DNA of 64,000 bases from Deltaproteobacteria bacterium. GTDB taxonomy: Bacteria; Desulfobacterota; DSM-4660; Desulfatiglandales; HGW-15. The DNA lies in the NCBI GenBank assembly GCA_019307745.1, contig JAFDJA010000001.1, positions 20,223-84,222 of the forward strand. The letters run 5' to 3'. Of this stretch, positions 28,607 to 38,407 are shown piece by piece (position 1 is the first letter of the stretch; each line of letters begins with the position of its first letter). The position numbers were made by a program, and so were the translations under genes. The notes below the pieces were generated by a model. That model did not search any database, was not told the origin of the DNA, and saw nothing but the letters and a program-made list of their open reading frames with translations.

Positions 28607-28730
28607 CAGGAAATGAATCGCCGGGACCTTTTCCCGGCCTCAAGTGCAGTCGAATAATAGCCTTCGTGTCTTTTACGCCCGGGCCCAACAGTATCAAGAT
28701 AGAGCAGAATTAAAAAAGGGGGAGGATGTC

Positions 28731-29765
28731 ATGATCAGAGAAGCTATATCAGATGTGGTTCAAAGAAAAAACCTCACAGAGACTGAGATGGAAAAAGTCA
28801 TGGATGAAATCATGTCAGGACAGGCAACACCCGCACAGATCGGCTCTTTTATCACCGGGCTCCGTATGAAGGGCGAGACCGTTGAGGAGATCGCAGGCGC
28901 TGCCAGGACCATGAGGGCCAAGGCCTCAAACATCTGTGTCACAAACAGGAATGATGAAATCGTCCTTGATATTGTGGGGACAGGTGGGGACGGCTCTAAG
29001 ACGTTTAACGTGTCAACAACCACTGCGTTTGTGGCAGCAGGTGCAGGGATTAAAGTTGCCAAGCATGGAAACAGAGCTGTTTCCAGCCAGTGCGGAGCGG
29101 CCGATGTGCTTGAGGGATTGGGCGTAAAATTAGACCTCTCTCCTGCCGATGTGGAGGCCTGTATCAAAGAGATTGGGATCGGCTTCCTGTTTGCACCTAT
29201 GTTTCACGGCGCCATGAAGCACGCCGCGGGACCGAGAAAAGACATGGGAATAAGAAGTGTTTTCAACCTGTTAGGTCCTCTTACCAATCCAGCGAGCGCC
29301 ACTGTGCTACTCTTGGGAGTATATGACCCGGGCCTCACAGAACCAATCGCTCGGGTCCTCAACCGACTGGGAACAAAAGAGGCTTTTGTTGTATGTGGTG
29401 ATGGGCCTGAAGGGATATTAGATGAGGTCTCCATTTGTGGACCCACCAAAGTCTCTCAGCTCAAAGATAAGGAGGTCAACACTTATCACATTTCACCGGA
29501 GGATTTTGGTATCAGCAGGGCAGCTCTTTCAGACATAGTGGGGGGAGATACCGCAGAAAATGCAGCTATTACCCGGACTATTCTTGAGGGAGAAAAAGGG
29601 CCTAAGATGGATATGGTTATCCTGAACGCGGCGGCAGCCCTGACGGCCGCAGGCCTGAGCGCTGATATCAAGGAGGGTGTCAGCTTGGCGCGGCATACTC
29701 TCGATTCAGGCAAGGCTGTAGAAAAACTGGACAAGCTTATTAAATACACACAAAAATTCGCATAA
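28731..29765 (+). CDS. trpD: Anthranilate phosphoribosyltransferase
   Basis: DIVGTGGDGSKTFNVST, KHGNRAVSSQCGAADVLE. Start set at the ATG at 28731, preceded by AAGGGGGAGG. Confidence 0.93.
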   Translation: MIREAISDVVQRKNLTETEMEKVMDEIMSGQATPAQIGSFITGLRMKGETVEEIAGAARTMRAKASNICVTNRNDEIVLDIVGTGGDGSKTFNVSTTTAFVAAGAGIKVAKHGNRAVSSQCGAADVLEGLGVKLDLSPADVEACIKEIGIGFLFAPMFHGAMKHAAGPRKDMGIRSVFNLLGPLTNPASATVLLLGVYDPGLTEPIARVLNRLGTKEAFVVCGDGPEGILDEVSICGPTKVSQLKDKEVNTYHISPEDFGISRAALSDIVGGDTAENAAITRTILEGEKGPKMDMVILNAAAALTAAGLSADIKEGVSLARHTLDSGKAVEKLDKLIKYTQKFA

Positions 29766-30013
29766 GAAGGGGCTTTGCTCCCCTGACAAGGAACCAGTTG
29801 TCCTGAATTATTGGCAGAGACATCCAAAATTTCCCTCACTTGTGAGCATTGCCTTGGCTTCAGGGGCAGTAAGACAGGAGAGCTTCTCTCTGTTCCTGAT
29901 TTCCTGGAGTGGAGAAGAAATATATCCTCCGAAAAAAACATCCGTGGTCAGGGGAGGCAGATAAACCCTTGTTCGGGAAAACACCTGGATGGAAGCAGAA
30001 AATTGGAGTTTAG

Positions 30014-30805
30014 ATGCATCAAAAATTAATGGAAATAATCGCTGTTAAGAAGCAGGAGGTGGCTGAGCTGAAAAGGGCAATGCCCGGGGAAAGGTCCCCG
30101 AACCTGCCGGCAGTGCGTGATTTTCGGGCAGCAATATCAAGACCGGGCAGGATCAATCTTATATCCGAGATCAAGTTTGCCTCCCCTTCTGCTGGTGGGA
30201 TCAGAAAAAAGACCGACCCCTGCGTCATTGGAAGAATCTATGAAAATGCTGGCGCCTCAGCCATCTCTCTTCTCACGGACAAGCAGTTTTTCAAAGGAGA
30301 CCTGGACTACCTGCCTCCCCTGAAAAAGGCCGTTACTCTGCCTGTCCTGCGAAAGGACTTTATCATAGACACGGCCCAGGTAAAGGAGGCCTTTTTCCAC
30401 GGTGCGGATGCCATCCTCCTTATAGCCAGAATATTGTCCCAAGAGCAGCTTACGGAACTTCTTGCCGCTGCCGGGGAATTGGGCATGGCAGTGCTTACTG
30501 AAAGCCATGATAGAGACGACTTGAAAAAGGTCCTTAAAACAGACGCGGATATTATTGGTATTAATAATCGGAACCTTGATACCTTTCATGTTAATATTAA
30601 GGCCACCTTTGATCTGATTCCCCTTGTTCCAAAAGACAAAATCCTTATAAGTGAAAGTGGAATCCAGACCAAGGAGGACCTCTCATCATTAAGACATACG
30701 GGAATTAATGCTGTCCTGGTTGGATCAGCCCTAATGTCAAGCGGGAACATTTCTGAAAAGACACGGGAAGTCGTGGCAGCAGGAATAATTGAGAAAGAAC
30801 CCTAG
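30014..30805 (+). CDS. trpC: Indole-3-glycerol phosphate synthase
   Basis: LISEIKFASPS, LRKDFIID, GINNRNL, SESGI. Confidence 0.9.
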   Translation: MHQKLMEIIAVKKQEVAELKRAMPGERSPNLPAVRDFRAAISRPGRINLISEIKFASPSAGGIRKKTDPCVIGRIYENAGASAISLLTDKQFFKGDLDYLPPLKKAVTLPVLRKDFIIDTAQVKEAFFHGADAILLIARILSQEQLTELLAAAGELGMAVLTESHDRDDLKKVLKTDADIIGINNRNLDTFHVNIKATFDLIPLVPKDKILISESGIQTKEDLSSLRHTGINAVLVGSALMSSGNISEKTREVVAAGIIEKEP

Positions 30806-30819
30806 AGCTGGAAGAGACC

Positions 30820-31464
30820 TTGACAATGGAGATGACAAGAATAAAGATATGCGGGATAACCGAATACCGTGACGCTGCCCTGGCTGCAGGGCTTGGCGCG
30901 CACGCGCTCGGATTTATTTTTGCGCCCAGCCCCAGAAGGATTTCAAGGGAAAAGGCCAGGGAGATTATCCGGTCACTGCCCCCCTTTATCAAGAGCGTTG
31001 GCGTGTTTGTAGATGAAGACCCCACCCTGATCAGGGAGGCTATCACATTCTGCGGCCTTGACATGGTCCAGCTCCATGGAAAAGAGACTCCCGAGACCTG
31101 TGGGGAATTCATGCCCCGAGCTATCAAGTCCTTCAGGATAAAAGGGGCATCAAGCCTGGAGATGATTAAGCCATATCAGGGAAAATGCAGCTCCATACTA
31201 CTGGACACCTATTCCGAAGACAGTATGGGCGGCACAGGCAAAACCTTTGATTGGGACCTGGCCCTGGAGGCAAAAGGCGTGGGTGTGCCAGTTATTCTCG
31301 CAGGGGGACTGGACACCTCCAACATAGAAGAGGCAATATCAAGGGTGCGTCCCTTTGCTATAGATATAAACAGTGGCATAGAAGAAAGTCCTGGAAAAAA
31401 AGATCATGAACTCATGAGAGAGCTGTTTGATAAAATTCTAAAAGTTAACAGCCTTAAATCCTGA
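30820..31464 (+). CDS. trpF: Phosphoribosylanthranilate isomerase
   Basis: IKICGIT..., VQLHG, LLDT...GGTGKTFDW, ILAGGL. The start could instead be 30826 or 30832. Confidence 0.9.
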   Translation: MTMEMTRIKICGITEYRDAALAAGLGAHALGFIFAPSPRRISREKAREIIRSLPPFIKSVGVFVDEDPTLIREAITFCGLDMVQLHGKETPETCGEFMPRAIKSFRIKGASSLEMIKPYQGKCSSILLDTYSEDSMGGTGKTFDWDLALEAKGVGVPVILAGGLDTSNIEEAISRVRPFAIDINSGIEESPGKKDHELMRELFDKILKVNSLKS

Positions 31465-31603
31465 CTCTGGTTTTCAGACCTGTTGTCAGCCCTCTGCATC
31501 TTTCTTTTTTCAGCGGCGCTCGGTTTGTCTTCTGTAAAAATTTATCAGTAGCATCTGTCTTTCATAAATATATTTCAACAATTGATACGTTTTGGAGCAA
31601 TAA

Positions 31604-32830
31604 ATGATTAAAACCCGCTATTACGGAGACTTTGGAGGCGCCTTTATCCCGGAGATACTGGTGGCAACCTTTGGGCAGCTTGTAACAGCCTTTGAACAGG
31701 CCAAGAATGATACCTCTTTTTGGATGGAATATTCAGAACTGATGTCCTCCTATTCCTGCAGGCCTACACCCCTGACTTTTGCAGAGAACCTCTCCTCCCA
31801 TTTTGGCGGTGCACGAATATATGTAAAGAGGGAGGATTTGAACCATACAGGCGCGCACAAGGCAAACAATGTGATGGGCCAGGGACTCCTCGTAAAAAAG
31901 ATGGGAAAGACAAGGGTAATCGCGGAGACCGGCGCAGGCCAGCATGGTGTGGCCACAGCTACCATGGCAGCCAAGTTTGGTTTTAAGTGCACAATCTATA
32001 TGGGAGAGGTAGATGTGGCAAGACAGAGACCAAATGTCTTCTGGATGGAACGCCTTGGCGCTCAGGTCATCCCTGTCAAAGAGGGCGCGCGTACACTGAA
32101 GGATGCTATCAATGCGTCTTTTCGTGACTGGGTGAGCAACATGGATGATACCCATTATGTGCTGGGAACCGCCTGCGGCCCCCACCCGTTTCCAGAGATG
32201 GTCTCCTACTTTCAGTCCATCATTGGCACAGAGGCACGGAAACAGATCTTAGAAAAAGAGGGCAGACTTCCTGCCAGGGTGTTCGCGTGTGTGGGCGGAG
32301 GCTCCAACGCAATGGGCATATTCAGCGGCTTTTTTGATGATCCGGTGGAGCTTGTAGGTGTTGAGGCCGGGGGAAAAGGTGTGGATTCCGGCAGACATGC
32401 CGCGCGTCTTGCATCCGGAGATGGCACCATCGGTGTGGCCCAGGGATATAAAACATATTTTCTCCAGGATAGTGACGGCCAGATGAAGGAGACACATTCT
32501 GTGGCAGCAGGGCTCGATTATGTAGGCGTCTCGCCTATCCTGGCTGCCCTCCATAGTGAGGGGCGTGTAAGATTCGAGGCAGCAACAGATCAGGAGGTCC
32601 TGGATGCCCTTTCTCTGACCCTCAGGAAAGAGGGGCTGATCCCGGCACTGGAGTCATCCCACGCCTTTGTACAGGCATTCAAAGAGGCTCCCCAACTCTC
32701 AATTGACGACATAATCATAATCAACCAGTCTGGTAGGGGGGACAAGGATATCTTCACCATCGCCGAGGCCTATCAAGATCCTGCATGGCTGGATTTTATA
32801 AAGGCAAAGGCGGAGGAATACAATGCTTGA
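31604..32830 (+). CDS. trpB: Tryptophan synthase beta chain
   Basis: YGDFGGAFIPE, LNHTGAHKANN (PLP lysine), GGGSNAMG. Confidence 0.95.
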   Translation: MIKTRYYGDFGGAFIPEILVATFGQLVTAFEQAKNDTSFWMEYSELMSSYSCRPTPLTFAENLSSHFGGARIYVKREDLNHTGAHKANNVMGQGLLVKKMGKTRVIAETGAGQHGVATATMAAKFGFKCTIYMGEVDVARQRPNVFWMERLGAQVIPVKEGARTLKDAINASFRDWVSNMDDTHYVLGTACGPHPFPEMVSYFQSIIGTEARKQILEKEGRLPARVFACVGGGSNAMGIFSGFFDDPVELVGVEAGGKGVDSGRHAARLASGDGTIGVAQGYKTYFLQDSDGQMKETHSVAAGLDYVGVSPILAALHSEGRVRFEAATDQEVLDALSLTLRKEGLIPALESSHAFVQAFKEAPQLSIDDIIIINQSGRGDKDIFTIAEAYQDPAWLDFIKAKAEEYNA

Positions 32831-33584
32831 AAAATATATAAGGGAAGGACTGAAACAGAAGGATATCCTGCTTATGACTCATATAGTTCTGGGATACCCC
32901 TCTTTTGATGACAGCCTCAGGATTGTAGAGACAATGGTAGAGGCGGGTGTGGACCTGATGGAGCTGCAGATACCTTTTTCTGAACCCACTGCCGACGGCC
33001 CCGTAATAGTGGGTGCCAACCAAAAGGCCCTGCAGTACGGTACCACAGTGGAGAAGTGCTTCAGGACTGCGGAAAAAATTACAACCGGTTTTGACATACC
33101 TTTTCTGATTATGACCTATTATAACATCCCTTTTACATATGGTTTGGACGATTTTGTTGCCCGCATGGCAGATATCCGTCTCAGGGGTGCCATAATCCCG
33201 GATCTTCCCCCTGAAGAGGGCAGGGAATATCTGGACAACATGCAAAAAAACTCCATTGATCCGATCCTTATCTTCTCTCCTAATACCGGTACGGAGCGTA
33301 TGAAATACCTGGAAGCCCATGCAGCGGGCTTTATCTACTGTGTTGCGAGAAAAGGGGTGACAGGAATGGAAACAACCTTTTCCAATGAGCTCGCCTCATA
33401 TCTGGCCCAATGCCGCGACGCCACTCGCCTCCCGCTGGCAGTGGGCTTTGGAATTAAAGAAAAGGCTGATATAAGTTATCTGAAAGGCAAGGCAGATATC
33501 GCTGTTATCGGAAGTCAAACCATTCGCCTGGTGGAACGGGAGGGTGTGCAGGCCGTGGGAGGCTTTATCAGGGGGCTGAGATAA
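32823..33584 (+). CDS. trpA: Tryptophan synthase alpha chain
   Basis: GVDLMELQIPFSEPTADGPVI, GFIYCVARKGVTG, VGFGI. Overlaps trpB by 8 nt. Confidence 0.93.
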   Translation: MLEKYIREGLKQKDILLMTHIVLGYPSFDDSLRIVETMVEAGVDLMELQIPFSEPTADGPVIVGANQKALQYGTTVEKCFRTAEKITTGFDIPFLIMTYYNIPFTYGLDDFVARMADIRLRGAIIPDLPPEEGREYLDNMQKNSIDPILIFSPNTGTERMKYLEAHAAGFIYCVARKGVTGMETTFSNELASYLAQCRDATRLPLAVGFGIKEKADISYLKGKADIAVIGSQTIRLVEREGVQAVGGFIRGLR

Positions 33585-33605
33585 ACAGCAGCTCTTTTTC
33601 AGACA

Positions 33606-33629
33606 GGGCACACTGGTGGAGGTGTGCCC
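33606..33629. terminator. Hairpin between convergent trpA and the M16 protease gene (weak terminator candidate)
   Basis: GGGCACAC, an 8-nt loop, GTGTGCCC. No clear U-run on either side. Confidence 0.4.
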
Positions 33630-33635
33630 GAATAA

Positions 33636-36551
33636 TTACATTACATTAATCACATTCAGCCATTCCTTGTGTGTTTCCATGGATTTCTTAATAGCTTCCT
33701 GTGAACCAAGGACCTTGACCATCCCCTTAACTTTTACCTCTTCAAGCACTTCGGCAAAGGCCCTGAAATCTTCTATTGTAGTCCCGAGTATCTCATCACG
33801 TACCTTTTGTCTGTCATCATCCGTCACTCCGGAAAAATAACGAACCATTGAGGCATACCCTTTTGCATCAGGCAGCATATACTCATCCAGATTGCCGATA
33901 CTTCCAATTATACCCTTTAAAAGCTCCTCATCGCTGAGTTCTATATGCCTTAGAAAGTCCGCTGCCTGATCAAACACATCAATAGTCTTTAAGAGATTCG
34001 GGTCACGGTAAGAGACAAAGGTCAGGGTACCTGTCAGACGCTCAAACATGCAGAAGCCTCCATATGCGCCTCCCTGTACACGGACCCTGTCCCATAAAAG
34101 AGAATTGCCCAGATAGCGACAGATCACATGGATAGATCCATGGTAATTGTATCCCAGGCTGTATATGTTGGCACCCTTTCCCACATAATTGATCCTGGAT
34201 GGAATGGTCAGCCCCTCAAATTCCGGGATATGTCCTGGTTCCCATTCCTGAATGCCGCTTTTCTGGACAGGCATGACATCGAGGAACCCTCTTATCTGAG
34301 GCATGAGTTGCGCCCATCCTTCCTGATCAAGGGTTGCATTAATAAACACGGCATTGCGGTTTATAAGGATCCGATGCATCTGTCTAAGGTCATTTAACAC
34401 AGAATCCCATCGATTATCCACCTCCTCCACAAGCTTTCGCAGAAAAAACAGGTAGTTCAGTCCAGACATCTCTTCTGCTGCCCAGTCAGTCTCTGTAAAA
34501 TGGGCCCTCAAGCGCTTATTCACTATCCTGTGACCTGACGGAACAAGGTTTTGCTCTACCCTGGCCTTGGTCTCGAGCAGCATCTGTTTGAACCGCGCTT
34601 GGTTGTCCAGGCGTACATTTAAAAGCACATCCTGAAGAATATCTAACATATCCTGGGTCTGGGGCATCATGGCCTTTGCCTGGAGAAGAAGCATGGTTGC
34701 GCTATGTTTGCTGTCTGTGATCCCGGATGTAAAAAATCCGGATCCGATTCCGCCGGTCTTTCTGCTTATCCTCTGAGTGACAGTAACATAATCCTCCTTT
34801 TCCGTCCCCATCTCCTGGAGCGCCCGGCCAAAGATCCGAGTATAAGGGAGGTACTTCTGGGGGAGCGAATGAAGATCAAAGCCAATATCCAGATAGGCTA
34901 TCCCGTTTGTAAAAAGATCATGATACAGAACCTCTGTCTCACCCATTTTAAGCTTTTCTATGGGGATTGTCTTGTTTTTTGTGTCCAGGTCAGAAATGCC
35001 CAGCATGGGAATAGCCTCAAGAGCGGAAGGAGGATCAGGTGCCGCTTGAAGCAGCCTTAACTCTTTGGTATTGCTTATAATGTTCTCCAACTCATCCTCA
35101 GTCATCCTGTCTTTTACCCTTTTCAGCTTGGCCTCTTCGGCTGCGGTCTCCTCTTCTCCCAGGCCGGGATCAGGCCTCAGAACTACGGCTGTCCTGTGCC
35201 TGTTCTTTATCAGCCATTTATCTATCAGCGTTTCAAAAAAAACGTCCTCAGATGCAATATGCAACTTCACTGCCTGAAGAGGTTCTTCCCAGGCGAGCAG
35301 AGCAAAGGGATCTCCGTCATATAGCCAGGTGGTCAGGGAGCCAAGCATCAGGAGAAGTCCGCGGGGATAACTCCCTGAGTTGTTCTCACGGAGGGCAAAC
35401 TCTGTCATATTCAGTGCCGCCTCAATAGTCTTGGAATCGATCCCATTATTAACAAGGCGGGAAAGGGTATTTAGGACAAGCTCTTGAACCTTGTCCGCAT
35501 TGTCAGGTTCAACACCTTTGAGTCCAGCAGAAAAATACATCTGCCTAACCTCTGTCCCAAGGCCCATACCGGCCAAGTCCTCTCCTAATCCTGACTCTAT
35601 CAAGGCCTTTCTCAAAGGAGAACCTGGCATTCCCAGTAGGATATATTCCAAGATGCTTAAGGAAAGGGTCAGTTCTCTGTCCAAGGTCTCAGGTAAGAGC
35701 CAGTTAAGTGTAAACATACCCTTTGGCCCGTTTTCCTCTCCTCCTGCAGCAAAGGACCTGATAAGGCGCTGGGGTTTATCAAAATGGGGCTGCAGGGCAA
35801 CTGCGGACTTGACCTCAATACGATCAAAATCCTTTAAATATTCATTTGCGATCTCCAGCCTCTTTTCAGGATCATCATCCCCATAAAAACAGATGCGGCT
35901 GTTAGTAGGGTGATAATACTTGCCATGAAAAGCCTTAAACTGCTCAAAGATGAGGTCCGGAATCTTTTTGGGATCGCCGCCTGAATCAAAACCATATGCG
36001 GTATCAGGAAAAAGCGACTGAAAGGAGTGCTCTGATAACAGGGCCTCCGGTGACGAATAAGAGCCCTTCATCTCATTAAATACAACGCCTTTATAAATAA
36101 GAGGTTCTTTTATCTTATCAAGCTCATAGTGCCACCCCTCCTGCTGAAGGATAAAAGGTGTAAGTCTGGGGTAAAAAACAGCATCGAGATAGACGTCAAT
36201 AAGATTATAAAAGTCCTGCAGGTTCTGACTGGCAAGCGGATAGCAGGTTTTGTCCGGATATGTCATGGCATTTAAAAAGGTCTGAAGGGATCCCTTTAAT
36301 AGCTCTACAAAAGGCTCCTTTACCGGGTACTTTCTGGAACCACAGAGAACAGAGTGTTCAAGGATATGAGGCAGACCGGTGGAATCGGAGGGCGGAGTGC
36401 GGAAAGAGATGCCAAAGACCTTGTTTTCATCATCATTTATTAGCGACAGAAGCTCTGCCCCGGTCTTTTTATGGCAGTACAGAAGAGCATTTGTCTTTAG
36501 CTCCTGGATCTCCTTTTCCCGTATAAGTTCAAAACCATGGATAACAGACAT
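33636..36551 (-). CDS. M16C-family (PreP/pitrilysin-like) zinc metalloprotease
   Basis: 971 aa with the inverted zinc motif HILEH near the N-terminus (GLPHILEHSVLCGSRKYP), and the length and architecture of presequence-protease-like enzymes. Confidence 0.9.
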   Translation of the reverse strand: MSVIHGFELIREKEIQELKTNALLYCHKKTGAELLSLINDDENKVFGISFRTPPSDSTGLPHILEHSVLCGSRKYPVKEPFVELLKGSLQTFLNAMTYPDKTCYPLASQNLQDFYNLIDVYLDAVFYPRLTPFILQQEGWHYELDKIKEPLIYKGVVFNEMKGSYSSPEALLSEHSFQSLFPDTAYGFDSGGDPKKIPDLIFEQFKAFHGKYYHPTNSRICFYGDDDPEKRLEIANEYLKDFDRIEVKSAVALQPHFDKPQRLIRSFAAGGEENGPKGMFTLNWLLPETLDRELTLSLSILEYILLGMPGSPLRKALIESGLGEDLAGMGLGTEVRQMYFSAGLKGVEPDNADKVQELVLNTLSRLVNNGIDSKTIEAALNMTEFALRENNSGSYPRGLLLMLGSLTTWLYDGDPFALLAWEEPLQAVKLHIASEDVFFETLIDKWLIKNRHRTAVVLRPDPGLGEEETAAEEAKLKRVKDRMTEDELENIISNTKELRLLQAAPDPPSALEAIPMLGISDLDTKNKTIPIEKLKMGETEVLYHDLFTNGIAYLDIGFDLHSLPQKYLPYTRIFGRALQEMGTEKEDYVTVTQRISRKTGGIGSGFFTSGITDSKHSATMLLLQAKAMMPQTQDMLDILQDVLLNVRLDNQARFKQMLLETKARVEQNLVPSGHRIVNKRLRAHFTETDWAAEEMSGLNYLFFLRKLVEEVDNRWDSVLNDLRQMHRILINRNAVFINATLDQEGWAQLMPQIRGFLDVMPVQKSGIQEWEPGHIPEFEGLTIPSRINYVGKGANIYSLGYNYHGSIHVICRYLGNSLLWDRVRVQGGAYGGFCMFERLTGTLTFVSYRDPNLLKTIDVFDQAADFLRHIELSDEELLKGIIGSIGNLDEYMLPDAKGYASMVRYFSGVTDDDRQKVRDEILGTTIEDFRAFAEVLEEVKVKGMVKVLGSQEAIKKSMETHKEWLNVINVM

Positions 36552-36680
36552 ATAATTCTCCAGAAAAAGTTCAAGTGTTTAATGGGCAGGATCCATAAAA
36601 AAGCTTTTCATTTACTCCCTCAAAATCCCTTGGGATTAAAGCTGTTGTAAAGTTTGCATAGCCTCTCTTCCAAGGGAAAG

Positions 36681-36714
36681 GCGGAATTATTCTCTACAAA
36701 CCATTATATCTAAT
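36681..36714 (-). repeat. Motif copy (minus orientation): GATTAGATATAATGGTTTGTAGAGAATAATTCCG
   Basis: The reverse complement of 36681-36714 matches the core TATAATGGTTTGnAGAGAAnAATT.CCG. It lies ~140 nt upstream of the M16 protease ATG. Confidence 0.7.
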
Positions 36715-36807
36715 CTTCCCTCCGGACTGTTTTAAAATATGTCGGCCTTGCACGGATTATATAACAGGCTAGCATATCAGGACAAATGGCAAGCTTTTTT
36801 CAGGGCA

Positions 36808-36868
36808 GGAATATGACTCCAAGCAATCTTAACGGTTATATAATGGTTTGAAAAAAACAGTTGCTCCG
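36808..36868 (+). repeat. Motif copy (plus orientation, long form)
   Basis: GGAATATGACTCCAAGCAATCTTAACGGTTATATAATGGTTTGAAAAAAACAGTTGCTCCGC. Confidence 0.7.
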
Positions 36869-36943
36869 CTCCTTTTACTCCCTCAAAATCCCTTGGGTTT
36901 AAAGCTGTTGTAAAAATTTGCACAGCATCTCTTCCAAGGGAAA

Positions 36944-36977
36944 GGCGGATTTATTCTCTATAAACCATTATATCTAA
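36944..36977 (-). repeat. Motif copy (minus orientation)
   Basis: The reverse complement reads GATTAGATATAATGGTTTATAGAGAATAAATCCGC. Confidence 0.7.
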
Positions 36978-37071
36978 TCTTCTATCCCGGCTGTTTCAAA
37001 AGATACCGGCCATGCACACATTATATAACAGCCTGGGGTGTTAAAATAAAAGGCCATCTCTGTTCAGATCA

Positions 37072-37132
37072 GGAATATGACTCAAAATAACCTTAAGGGT
37101 TATATAATGGTTTGAAGAGAATAATTACTCCG
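37072..37132 (+). repeat. Motif copy (plus orientation, long form)
   Basis: GGAATATGACTCAAAATAACCTTAAGGGTTATATAATGGTTTGAAGAGAATAATTACTCCGC. Closest to the 6404-6462 copy. Confidence 0.75.
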
Positions 37133-37203
37133 CTGAATCCTGATTGACTTCTTGGTAACTCTGTGGATTCGCACCAACCCACCATGCAGATCGGATCCCA
37201 TAC

Positions 37204-37224
37204 AGATAATGGTTTGAAGAAAAA
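37204..37224 (+). repeat. Truncated motif copy
   Basis: GATAATGGTTTGAAGAAAAAG. Confidence 0.5.
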
Positions 37225-37459
37225 GGGATGGCCGATTCTATCGTCCTGCATTTAATTATATTGTTAATCTCTGTTGTAAAAAATTACAGTTAAAAATTCT
37301 CATCATGCATGAAAATTGATGTTTCAGAAGTTCCCCTCTCAAAACAGCGCGGTCCTTTTTTCATTTAACCAGTCAGTGGTGATGACGGATTTTGAAATAT
37401 CCGAATTATAGACAGGATTGATATTGAAAAACAGGGTCATGATTTCCCCGGTAGCGGCA

Positions 37460-38407
37460 CTATTTCCGGAAGTCTGCCTGATGATCCAGAAACCATTGAT
37501 AGGTCCTAGATATACCATCCTTAAGAGAAACCGTGGGCCTCCAGCCTAGCCCTTCAAGCCGGGAAACATCAAGGAGTTTCTGGTGCGGCCCGTCTGGTTT
37601 TGATCTGTCGAACTCGATCCCTCCATTAAAGCCAACAATATCCCTTATCATCTCAGCAAGCCCTTGAATGGGGATATCCTTTCCAGTCCCCACGTTGATT
37701 ATGTCCTCCTGGTTATAATTTTCCATGAGAAAGCATACCGCATCGGCCAGGTCCTGTACAAAAAGAAATTCCCTCCTTGGTTCACCTGTGCCCCAGACCA
37801 TCACCCTGGAAAGGCCTGAGACCTTTGCATCATAAAATTTTCTTATCAAGGCCGGAAGCACATGGGAATTTTCCAGGTGGAAATTATCCCCCGGGCCATA
37901 GAGATTGGTAGGCATCAGGGAGATAGCATTAAATCCATACTGCCTGCGATATGCCTGACACATCTTGATCCCTGCGATCTTGGCAATGGCATACCATTCG
38001 TTCGTCTTCTCCAGCTCCCCGGTCAACAGGTAGTCTTCCTTCATGGGCTGGGGTGCAAGCCTCGGATAAATGCATGACGAGCCTAAAAACAGGAGTTTTT
38101 TTGTATTATTCTTATATGCGGCATCAATTATATTGGCCTGGATCAGCAAATTATCCCTTATAAAATTAACAGGATATCTGTTGTTTGCATGAATTCCCCC
38201 AACCCTGGCTGCCGCCAGAAACACATAATCAGGTCTTATCTGTTGAAAAAATCCGTTTACATCTGCCTGACAGGTCAGGTCCAGCTCTTCATGGGTCATG
38301 GTTATCAGATTGCTAAACCCATCCTTTTTCAACTTATCAAGAATTGCACTGCCTACAAGGCCGCGATGACCTGCCACATATATCCTGTCCTTTTTATTCA
38401 TATCCAT
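37460..38407 (-). CDS. fcl: GDP-L-fucose synthase
   Basis: 315 aa: [29 protein letters not shown]. Overlaps gmd by 14 nt. Confidence 0.92.
   Translation of the reverse strand: MDMNKKDRIYVAGHRGLVGSAILDKLKKDGFSNLITMTHEELDLTCQADVNGFFQQIRPDYVFLAAARVGGIHANNRYPVNFIRDNLLIQANIIDAAYKNNTKKLLFLGSSCIYPRLAPQPMKEDYLLTGELEKTNEWYAIAKIAGIKMCQAYRRQYGFNAISLMPTNLYGPGDNFHLENSHVLPALIRKFYDAKVSGLSRVMVWGTGEPRREFLFVQDLADAVCFLMENYNQEDIINVGTGKDIPIQGLAEMIRDIVGFNGGIEFDRSKPDGPHQKLLDVSRLEGLGWRPTVSLKDGISRTYQWFLDHQADFRK

Larger units (their letters stand above)
36611..37136. repeat. Tandem duplication, 263-bp unit x2 (36611-36873 and 36874-37136), with partial flanking copies
   Basis: TTACTCCCTCAAAATCCCTTGGG... recurs at 36611 and 36874, and the alignment continues through both units by eye. 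Confidence 0.85.

Noticed and set aside
29811-30029. 72-aa ORF in the 250-nt trpD-trpC spacer
   Set aside because: It has no RBS or motifs. The spacer is more plausibly an internal promoter or processing region of the trp operon.
36812-36850. Conserved 12-codon mini-ORF (MTQNNLKGYIMV-type) at 6408-6446, 36812-36850 and 37076-37114
   Set aside because: Differences between copies are not biased toward synonymous changes. The SD-like AGGA sits only 2 nt from the ATG and is absent in one copy. The most conserved part (TATAATGGTTTGA) also occurs in inverted copies that lack the ATG. The conservation is therefore at the DNA/RNA level.
36611-37136. Tandem repeats as a CRISPR array
   Set aside because: The unit is 263 bp with only ~2 copies, there is no short-repeat/unique-spacer periodicity, and no cas genes are in the window.
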